This document shows, piece after piece, positions 10,315 through 18,994 of a stretch of 18,994 nucleotides of DNA. Each line of letters opens with the position of its first letter. The first letter of the stretch is position 1. Origin of the DNA: Octopus sinensis (lineage: Eukaryota); contig NW_021824362.1 in the NCBI RefSeq assembly GCF_006345805.1, positions 1-18,994 on the forward strand, read 5' to 3'. Under the pieces are notes generated by a model. The model did no database searches. It saw only the letters and a program-made list of their open reading frames with translations, and had not been told where the DNA came from. The translations under genes and the position numbers were made by a program.

Positions 10315-10331
10315 TTGTTAACAAACTTGTT

Positions 10332-10553
10332 AAGGAAGCGAACTGGCAGAATTGTTAGCACGCCGAACAAAATGCCTAGTAACACTTCGTCCGTCTTTAC
10401 AGTCTGAGTTAATGTTCTGTTGAGGTCAACTTCGCCTTCCAACCTTTCAGGGTCTTATCAATAAGTACCAGTTATGTACGGAGGTCGATGTAATCGACTC
10501 GCCCTTTCCCCTACCCCCAAACAACTTCAGGCCTTGTGCCTATAACAAAAGGC
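10332..10553 (+). mobile_element. SINE type D monomer flanked by 17-bp direct repeats
   Basis: GAACTGGCAGAATTGTTAGC head. Flanks are TTGTTAACAAACTTGTT (10315-10331) and TTGTTAACAAAATTGTT (10554-10570). Confidence 0.8.
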
Positions 10554-10876
10554 TTGTTAACAAAATTGTTTGTTGCTTTTGTATATCGTTAAGACCCAGT
10601 TTTAGGTCTGCAAGTATTGTTAAATAATTCCGTACAGTGTTATGTAGTCTCAGATTTAAAAAAACCCAAAAAACCTGATGAGTAATTATGGAAAAGGAGA
10701 GGAATAATAATGGAAAAATCTCAGAATGTAAGTTCGATGCTATGGGGATTTGAAGTTATAACGTTAAGAGAAGTACGCTTAAAACAAACCACTAGAACGT
10801 AACTGCGGAGGAAATTCGCCATGATGGAAATATCCTCCGGACTTGGTTAGATTTTAAACAAATGTCACCTTTGTAT

Positions 10877-11100
10877 GCTCTCTCTCTCTCTCTCTCTTTC
10901 CTTTTCTTTCTCTCTGCCCCTCTCTCTCTGTCTCATATTTTCAACTTTCTATCTTCCGCCCACTCATGCACTCTATCTCTCATTCCTCCCTCTCTCTTGC
11001 ACCCCTATCTCATTCCCATCCTCACTATTTCTCTTTCTTTCTTTCTGTCTTTCTTTCTTTCTCTCTCTCTCACGCACACACACACACACACACACACACA
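10877..11100. repeat. CT-rich low-complexity tract ending in (CA)n
   Basis: Direct reading. Confidence 0.85.
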
Positions 11101-12297
11101 TAAACACATACACTCACATACGGATTCGTTGGTTAATCAACTTGTTAAAAATCTCTCTTTAGGTAAGTTCACCGTTGTTCCATAAGTGTGTGTGTGTGTG
11201 TATGTATGTGTGCGTTCGTGACTGTATATATGCATGTGTGTATGTATGAGAAACAGAGAGAGAGAGGGGAGAGACAGACATACAGACAGCGTGAGTGAGA
11301 ACATAATTGCTTCTTTTCCGTGTAGTTATATTTTCATGTACCTGCTCGTCTGGAGCTTTATGTATGATTGTGCATGCTTGTGTACATTTAATCACTTATT
11401 TTTGCTCGTAAATTCACATATCTATGTATTCATGTGAGTGTGTGTGTGTATGTATGTGTTTGTGTGTGTGGTGTGCGTATGTGTGTGCATGTGAGTGTGC
11501 GTGTGTGAGAGTTATGTGTCTGTACATACATATTTGAAAAAAGAACTTCTAAAATTTAAAATTATCAATTAATTATAAAGGAAACATCGTTAACACAGAC
11601 CTGATGGAAGGAATGTTTTGTGGAAGCGCTTTCAACTGTTTTCCACTTCTCACACAGATGTCTTATAAAATCGTTTATATAAGTAATAATTCTTACTATA
11701 AGAATATCGTTTTGTCCTTTCTTTACAAATATTATAACTGTATCAAGTTTTCCCTAACAACTTAAATATATCTGTATCGTCTTATTTGTCAGGCAATGTA
11801 TCCATGCGTGTATGTGTGTATGTATGTATGCATCTACGCGCGTGTGTGTGTATATATCTATATCTATATATACATATATATATATCTACGTGCGTGTGTA
11901 TGTGTGCGTGTGTGTATACATGTGTGTGTGTGTGTGTGCGTGCGTGCATATTTAAGCTTTTAGTAAAGTTTCTTATATATATATATATATATATATATTC
12001 CGGTATTAAGAAAAAATATCAGGAAAAGCATCACCATTCTCCTCCCCCTCCTCCTCCCCATTATCAGCACCAGCTGGTTATGGGGAGGAAGATTATCGTA
12101 GTTACTACCATAGTAGGAGGCACATACTTCTCACTAGACGTGCTGGACGTAGATGCAAAATCTCCCACAAATCGCAGCCTAACTTATTATTATTTATTTA
12201 TTTATTATCATTTCATTATTATATGTTAACCCCGACACTTTATGTCTGTCTCTGTATTGTCCCTCTGATCCTTCGTCTTTGTGGCAAATATATGAAA

Positions 12298-12300
12298 TCA

Positions 12301-12360
<60 letters not shown>

Positions 12361-12406
12361 TATTATTATTATTATCATTATTATTATTATTATTATTATT
12401 AATAAT
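12298..12406. repeat. (ATT)n microsatellite, the (TAA)n tail/target of the adjacent LINE
   Basis: Direct reading. Confidence 0.95.
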
Positions 12407-12585
12407 ATTGCCTTTGCACAGCTTCTAACGCTGGAGATGTACTGCGGTGTCAGCTGTTCACTACCAGTGAACTATGGTAACACCTCATATTTTTCGAGCA
12501 CCTTCCTCAGTTTTCGGGTGGTTCCAAGCAGTGCTGTTTTTTGCAAGTACTCCACCCTTATTGTAGCCCCTATTTCTTCCACATT
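12407..12585 (-). mobile_element. 5'-truncated R4/Dong-like non-LTR retrotransposon: ORF C-terminus plus 3' UTR
   Basis: Minus frame 12585-12472 reads NVEEIGATIRVEYLQKTALLGTTRKLRKVLEKYEVLP*. LQKTALLGTxRxLRKVL is the characteristic C-terminal motif of R4/Dong RLE-type LINEs. The UTR is followed by (TAA)n. Confidence 0.85.
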
Positions 12586-12640
12586 GTTGTTGTTGTTGTT
12601 GTTGTTGATGATGATGATGATGATGATATTACTATTATTA
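12586..12640. repeat. (GTT)n(GAT)n(TAT) trinucleotide tract
   Basis: Direct reading. Confidence 0.9.
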
Positions 12641-13828
12641 TGCTGAGAAAGAACCTGTTGAATAATATAGTGCTACGTGTACATGAAAAACAATATGATC
12701 GGGTTAAACCAAGGGCTCTCTGAAGTTATAGCTGGGGCTAAACGATAATAAATGGGTTTATACATCTGCCAACAAGGAAGCTCATTATTCTGACGTTTGA
12801 CCAGCTAAAAGTAGCAACTAAAATACACTCAAATCATTTGTTAATGTATTCCGAGAGATATTTCTCCTGATAATAACACGGTGGAAGAACAGAAATGAGG
12901 AACGCACATTAATATGTTCTGAACTTCGAGCATTCCTACAATTTTAATTTGATCTTGGTGAAGTGATGAGTTACATTCCATATACATACGTATGTGTGTT
13001 TATGCGAGCGGGTGGACAAACGAAAGAAAACATTCTCCAATACATTTAGGGGGAGTTTTAAGTATTTAATCACAGATGGAGTCAGCCCCAGATTACTTAA
13101 AGTTTAACAGCTCAGGGTACACCTACCTCGTAAATTCTTTCAGAATAGAAAGAATTTAAAAGCAATGTTAAAATAACATTTAGGCCTCAATTGGCCAGTT
13201 CAGATTGAAGTACGTGAGTACTTCAATTAGTCAATGACTATAGAAGCCATTATTAAATTTCTTTGAAATTCGCTCCTTTCTAACTTTATACATCTAACAA
13301 TGTGGACATGTTTTGCGCCTATGAAACTTCAAGTGGCATGAAGCTGACTTAATCTGTTGCTCAATGTATATATACTAGGGTGTTATCTGTCATATGTGGC
13401 GTAAATTTGGAAGTATACTTTTGCCATTATGAATAGTCTCAGGAATTATGCCATACATACTGTAAATATAATTTACCTTACATCACATTTCTTGTTGCTT
13501 ATGCAAAATTATGAAATAAATGCTAATTTTGGAAAGAAAAATGTATATTACCTTAAAATAAAATGAAATAAAATAAATTTGTATATTTGCAATAAATATA
13601 TGTTAATATTTTTATAGTTTTATCATTTTATCAGCATAATCGCAAGCTACTTCATCGAAAAGTTATCTTTTCAGGAAGTTTAAAAATCAAAATAGGTGAT
13701 ATGGCACTAAATTAGAAGTAAGCCTCCTCTCTCTTTTTCTTTCTTTCTCTCTTTTTCTCTCTCCCTTCTCTCTGTTTATATATATACATACATACACATA
13801 CAGACATACATAGACACACACATAAATA

Positions 13829-13973
13829 TGTGTCACGCTGAATCTCCCTGAGAACTACGTTAAGGGTACACGTGTCTGTTGAGTGCTCAGCCACTTGCAC
13901 GTTAATTCAACGAGCAAGCTGTTCCGTTGATCGTATCAACTGGGACCCTCGTCGTCGTAAACGACGGAGTGCT
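13829..13973 (+). mobile_element. SINE type C, 3' half (5'-truncated)
   Basis: TGTGTCACGCTGAATCTCCC.GAGAACTA...CAGCCACTTGCACGTTAATT...CCTCGTCGTCGTAA.CGACGGAGTGC, shared with 1873-2022. Confidence 0.9.
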
Positions 13974-14008
<35 letters not shown>

Positions 14009-14011
<3 letters not shown>

Positions 14012-14090
14012 TATTATAAAAGGCATCTCTTATTATAAAAGGCAGATTTTATCTGCCTCCCTTTGGGAGTTATAGAAATCTACAATATAG
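14009..14090 (+). mobile_element. Possible Helitron-like 5' terminus with 17-bp tandem duplication
   Basis: A|TCTTATTATAAAAGGCA at 14009-14025, repeated at 14028-14044, resembles the TC-start at 15473. Hairpin GGCAGAT-TTT-ATCTGCC at 14041-14057. No matching hairpin-plus-CTAG end found. Confidence 0.3.
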
Positions 14091-14536
14091 GATTTCTTCA
14101 ATTACAATTTACCTAGCATTTTTAAGAGTACAATGCATCGCGTCATGCCAGCTCTAGTTTTTAAAATTTAAACTCCAATTAAGCAAAATTTACAGAAAAC
14201 TCACATTCTGGTGTGTGTGTCAAATGCTTTTCTTAGTCTGGTTTACACCACACGCAAACGCACACACACAGTGGGCAACGAATAAAATGAAAGTAATTCC
14301 CTTACTGTAGTGAGTGATTCTTTCACTCTGCCTCCCACTTCCTCTTTCCACACATAGACACGCAAATATATAAATAAAATTGTAAGCTAACGTGCCTGTG
14401 TGTGAGTGTGTGAGTGTGTGTGTGTGCGCGTGTGTGTGTGTGTGAGGGTGCGTGTGTGTGTGTGTGCGTGTGCGTGAGTGTGTGACAGGAAAGTTTTTTA
14501 CGACGAATATAACACCTATATCCAAGTAGCAGAAAG

Positions 14537-14699
14537 ATAAGACAGTAAGGTGTGATTTGAGGGAGATTTGGCTGCTATTTCTACCATGTTACCAGGTCTA
14601 GCTACCATGTAGAGGTCCCCCTCATTGGCTCATATATATATATACATACATAAGACAGTAAGGTGTGATTTGAGGGAGATTTGGCTGCTGTTTCTACCA
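14537..14699 (+). repeat. Local duplication: 50-bp units at 14537-14586 and 14650-14699
   Basis: ATAAGACAGTAAGGTGTGATTTGAGGGAGATTTGGCTGCT(A/G)TTTCTACCA, 49/50 identical, 113-bp offset. Confidence 0.95.
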
Positions 14700-14771
14700 G
14701 GTCTGTTAGGCCTTCTCATGTAAACTCAAGCTTTCTCATGCCTTGAACATAAGACCAAAGCAGAGAATGTA

Positions 14772-14972
14772 TTCTTTTATTCTTCTGCTTTTTCCAGCCA
14801 TTGGTCTGTGGCCATGCTGGGGCAATGCCTTGAAGAATTGTAGTTTAATGAATCAACTCCAGTTTTATTTTTGTAAGCATTGTACTTATTATATCTGTTT
14901 CCTTTGTCAAACCACTAGGTGACAGGGATGTAAACAAACCAACATTCGTTGTCAAGCAGTGGTGGAGGACAA
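14772..14972 (-). mobile_element. SINE type A 3' module, diverged
   Basis: TGTGGCCATGCTGGGGCA..GCCTTGAAG and GTAAACAAACCAAC...GTTGTCAAGC match the reverse complement of the 5020-5216 module. Confidence 0.75.
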
Positions 14973-15064
14973 TCACAAGCACAGACACGCACACACACAC
15001 AATACATGCATACACATATACACACATACATACATACATATATATATATGTGTGTATATATATA

Positions 15065-15316
15065 TTGCAGCGTGAAGGTGTTTGTAAGCCATTTAAGAAA
15101 AACACAAAAACCGTTACATTCACTTCAACATTTAAATTTAATTTGCCAAAATATTTTCGTCGCTTTCAGACCGCGACCTGTTCACTGAGATAAATATCGT
15201 GCTAACAGGTCTCAAAGCGACGAAAATATTTTGACAAATTAAATTTAAATGTTGAAGTGAATCTAACGGTTTTTGTGTGTTTCTTAAATGGCTTATAAAC
15301 ACCTTCAACGCTGCAA
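15065..15316. repeat. 252-bp near-perfect palindrome (108/109-bp arms)
   Basis: 15065-15172 versus the reverse complement of 15208-15316 differs by 5 substitutions and 1 indel. Pairing extends further inward (ACCTGTT/AACAGGT). Confidence 0.95.
15142..15192 (-). ncRNA. Candidate minimal type I hammerhead ribozyme with G3-C8 core variant
   Basis: Minus strand: TCA-GTGAACA-G-GTCGC-GGTCTGAAA-GCGAC-GAAA-ATATTT-TGGCAAA. Stem II is a perfect 5 bp, stem III is palindromic, and stem I is weak in this copy. Confidence 0.5.
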
Positions 15317-15472
15317 CTGTTTTCGTTCCAGCACACGATCTCAGATCAAGTCACTTGCTATGCAAGTACATCTCTGTAACTATATATATATTTATATATA
15401 TATGTATATTGGTAAAAACAGTAAGATAACAAAAGAAAGAAAGAGACCTCAATATTATGTAAATAGAGGAAA

Positions 15473-15863
15473 TCTTTATATATAAAAGTGAGGTTGTGTG
15501 TCTGTCTCCTACGATTTACATTCCTAACTACTCCCACATTTTGCGGTGCAGTTTAACCAAAACCGGGTATCTTATAGTCGTTATTCATATCGAGACCGTC
15601 TGGGTATTAGCGCGCGTCTACGATGAGTCTAAGATTTAAAAAAAAATTACCATCAATTTTCCCATTTTAATCCATTTTTGACATATATAAGGGAAGTAAC
15701 TCTCTAAAATTATTATTAAATCTCAGAACGTAAAAAGCTACAGTAACACCCCTCCCCCTTTGTGGTTAGCCATATTGAGATGGCTATTATACTTTACATC
15801 TCTAAAAATGCTTATATAATTATTTCCCTTACAAACCCGAGCAACGCCGGGCGATACTGCTAG
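15473..15863 (+). mobile_element. Non-autonomous Helitron-type element, 391 bp
   Basis: Starts TC after A15472. GC-rich hairpin CCCGAGCAACGCCGGG at 15836-15851, 8-nt spacer, CTAG at 15860-15863, followed by T. No target duplication. Confidence 0.8.
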
Positions 15864-16655
15864 TATATATATATATATATATAATAATAATAAGGGTAAA
15901 TAATTTCTATAATGCTTTTTAAAAAAAGACCACAATTATTTACTGGTAGAATTCGGTATGTAAATATAGCCGATTACCGGCAGGAACTTCTGTAAAGTTC
16001 AGTATATATATTGTATATAAGAAAAAGGGACAGGCAACAGGTTGCTTGACCGCATACCGAAAAAAGTAGAAATAGCAGTCAAAAATGCTTATTTCTAATT
16101 TCCACAAATGGGGCTCCAGGCACGACAAACCCTGTATATGTTCTTATATATATATATATATATGTATGTATATATTATATTATATATATATATACATGCA
16201 TACATACATGTGTACTCATAAAAGTAATTTGCAAATCGCGAACTTAAAATGTATATAGATGTATTATTTGAATGTTTACGAATAGGAAATTTGATATCAA
16301 TTGACCATTTGCGATCATTTTTACTGGTATCTTCCTTGTTCATATAACAAATGTCCTGTTTTCTATGATGCTACCGTTATAAAATAAATCCATCATGCTC
16401 TTGAGAAATGAAAGTAGAAAGCAATAGTAATGATGTTTAATAACCGACATATAAACATTAACTTATTCGTTTGGTTATTGCAGAGATAGAGTGTCTCTTT
16501 GGTTTCCTTTTCAATCCCAAAATCATGTCACTAAAGCAAAGGATCGCTGTATTCCATCAAAAACAGCCATTCGTGTCATATGTGTGCACTTGTGTGCGCA
16601 TATGTGTGTATGAGAGAAAGAAAAAGGAATTAGTGAAAAAATGGAGACGGTGAGT

Positions 16656-16656
<1 letters not shown>

Positions 16657-16695
<39 letters not shown>
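16657..16695. repeat. (TG)n microsatellite
   Basis: Direct reading. Confidence 0.95.
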
Positions 16696-16697
<2 letters not shown>

Positions 16698-16948
16698 CAT
16701 CCATAATGCGAAATCTTGAGAGGGTACTTGTGTATTTGTTTTTTAATATAAACTATGAAATAAAACGAAAATGTATTTTTCCCAATAATATTTATACTTA
16801 GTTATACACAATATAAGCATATTTAAGAGTTATTTTGATTGGCTGCCACTGGTGGCCAAGAGTAACAACGTGCTCGAAGAGAGACTGTGTGTCAATGGAA
16901 CTTTCAGGAAGGAGAATGCGGATCAAGTTCTAGAAAGCCTTAGAACAT

Positions 16949-17250
16949 AAGTGCTATCGAAATAAAAGTGGGAGTACATTCCGCCCCCTCAAAATAAGGG
17001 GAGACGAACATCGCAACGCTGTGACACGAGGAGATATTGATAAATCGGGTATAGCTGATCGTATATGGAAAAATAGAGAGCACCTCCTCCTGTGGGATGA
17101 AGTTAAAATAATAGACAGAGAACACCACTAGTAAACTAAAATGCGAAAACTAAAAGAAGCATGCCAGGATGCAACAACCTCCTAAGTGCAGATATGAGTA
17201 GTATATGGGAATCGGTATTAAGGAAGGATAAGAAAATATTAGATTTATAA
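16949..17250 (+). pseudogene. Penelope-like element GIY-YIG endonuclease C-terminus, disabled
   Basis: Frame from 16982: RPLKIRGDEHRNAVTRGDIDKSGIADRIWKNREHLLLWDEVKIIDREHH**TKMRKLKEA. After a frameshift, from 17161: MPGCNNLLSADMSSIWESVLRKDKKILDL*. The pattern R-L-x-x-R-x-x-EH...S-x-x-A-x-H/R-x-W...KIID-x-E...R-x-LKE is typical of PLE GIY-YIG domains. Confidence 0.8.
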
Positions 17251-17500
17251 ACCCTAAAATTCACTCCATATTTGTCCACGGGCATACGGCGTAGAGCGCG
17301 ATTCCGAGTTCGATTCCAGGCACTGACCTGAATAAATAATAATAATAATAACATCGAAAAATACCTTGGGAATGAGAAACCAAGTTCGAAATTTCCCCCA
17401 AGACACCTGATGAAGGCTGGAGGGTATAGCAGCCAAAATGTTGTGTTAGCAACAAACAAGATGAGGACAAATATCCATCAAATGTAAATAATATAGAAGT
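17251..17500 (+). mobile_element. Penelope-like 3' terminal region with tRNA-like B-box and hammerhead relic
   Basis: Directly follows the GIY-YIG stop. B-box GAGTTCGATTCC at 17306-17317, (AAT)n tract, and hammerhead motif at 17402-17447. Confidence 0.7.
17402..17447 (+). ncRNA. Minimal type I hammerhead ribozyme relic (probably inactive)
   Basis: GACAC-CTGATGA-A-GGCTG-(10 nt)-CAGCC-AAAA-T-GTT-GTGTT. Stem I is GACAC/GTGTT and stem II is perfect, but AAAAT replaces the expected GAAAC. Confidence 0.65.
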
Positions 17501-18090
17501 GGGAGGACGTAGCTGATTAAAGATAAATTTTATAGGTATAGTATCATCAATGGAGGCCGTCGTGATGCGTACGGAGTGAGGAACACTATTCATTCATTGT
17601 TTAAATGTTTCAATATACTGTTGTTATATCTAAGACAAACTCGACAATCAACTGAATTCACCCTACGACATTTCTTTGGTTCGAAAACAACAGGCAGATA
17701 TCTTCTGCTTAATGGCCAATGAGACAAAAGTTATATAATACGAGTGTGAACAGATCACATACTCAACATAAACCTGTATCTGTGAAAGGGATCCTCTTTT
17801 AGTATTTATAGTAAATGAAGATATGAGGAGGCGGGAAACGGTTTCTTCCTCAAGCTTAGATACACGTCCATCCTAAGGGATTGCTTTATTACAATCAGTA
17901 TGTACACTGTTGATTTGTGTATGTTGTTTTGCTTTGTGATTTCCCCACCCCTTTTTTCTTCGATAAATTCAGTTTTCGAAAACAACCACCATTTTGCAAT
18001 TTATTTTTATAACGTACCATTAGCAATTGCCCAGTGGCTATTAAAGAAATTATTATTGCTATGATTAATGTAATTAGTGGCAGTATTAAT

Positions 18091-18295
18091 AAGGCGGTAC
18101 TGGCAGAATCGTTAGCATGTCGGACAAAATAGGCAGCGGCATTTTTTCCGACTATTTGCTTTCTGAGTCCGAAGTGAGCTTCATTTTTTCCTGAAGGGTA
18201 GATAAAATAAAGTACCAGATGAGTACTAGTGTTGATGTAATCGATTAACTTTTTCCCCTAAAATTGCTGGACGTTTGCCAAAATTTAAAGCCATC
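18091..18295 (+). mobile_element. SINE type D, old diverged monomer
   Basis: AAGGCGGTACTGGCAGAATCGTTAGC head; GATAAAATAAAGTACCAG...GATGTAATCGA body; CAAAATTTAAAGCCAT tail like 10300-10314. Confidence 0.75.
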
Positions 18296-18364
18296 ATTAC
18301 CTTCACCTTAGCGAAGGCGCAGGTATTGTTTTCAGTAGTGTTTGTTTTTCGTAGACAGATATCT
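18296..18364 (+). mobile_element. Hairpin-led fragment resembling a Helentron/HINE-type terminus
   Basis: TACCTTCACCTT-AGCG-AAGGCGCAGGTA (10/12 paired), followed by TTGTTTTCAG..GTGTTTGTTT. The family assignment is from resemblance only. Confidence 0.35.
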
Positions 18365-18599
18365 TAACATACATCCCATATATATATATATATATTATAT
18401 ATATATATATATATATTCTGTTTGAAAACTTGAGGACACAGAACACTTGTGTCACGTAGCGAACTAGAAACGGTGTTTCTTGGGGCTAAATAACAGTAGT
18501 TCTTCTTCCCTTTCCGGAACTTCCACATTAAGTTGACAACAAATCATCACTTTATCGTGCTGCTAGTGCATGGCTCTCTCTCAGAGATTTAGAAATGCA

Positions 18600-18994
<395 letters not shown>

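Noticed and set aside
9526-10553. Periodic repeats superficially like a CRISPR array
   Set aside because: Units are ~184-bp SINE monomers with no short repeat/unique spacer structure, in a eukaryotic context with no cas genes.
16850-16950. Short open frame VAKSNNVLEERLCVNGTFRKENADQVLESLRT upstream of the GIY-YIG relic
   Set aside because: It could be a deleted piece of the same element, but no recognisable motif is present, so it is not called.
17136-17593. Three overlapping minus-strand ORFs (107, 60 and 110 aa)
   Set aside because: They are antisense to the Penelope relic, whose plus-strand translation explains the region.

Overview
AT-rich eukaryotic non-coding DNA (intronic or intergenic) full of microsatellites and short retroposons. 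The repeat landscape resembles a coleoid cephalopod (octopus-like) genome, which is an inference and not a database result. I find no supportable host gene exon, and almost all ORF-track entries are microsatellite or SINE read-throughs. Identifiable content: about a dozen tRNA-derived SINE copies of at least 4 modular types, a 124-bp TA-flanked MITE, a 391-bp Helitron-type element with A|TC...CTAG|T ends, the 3' end of an R4/Dong-like LINE sitting in a (TAA)n-type microsatellite, and a decayed Penelope-like element. The Penelope-like element has a GIY-YIG C-terminus followed by a Pol III B-box and a minimal hammerhead ribozyme. Most notable is a ~250-bp near-perfect palindrome whose arm encodes a candidate minimal hammerhead with an unusual G3-C8 swapped core. 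A SINE cluster punctuated by three copies of one palindromic target motif suggests serial insertion at a single site.
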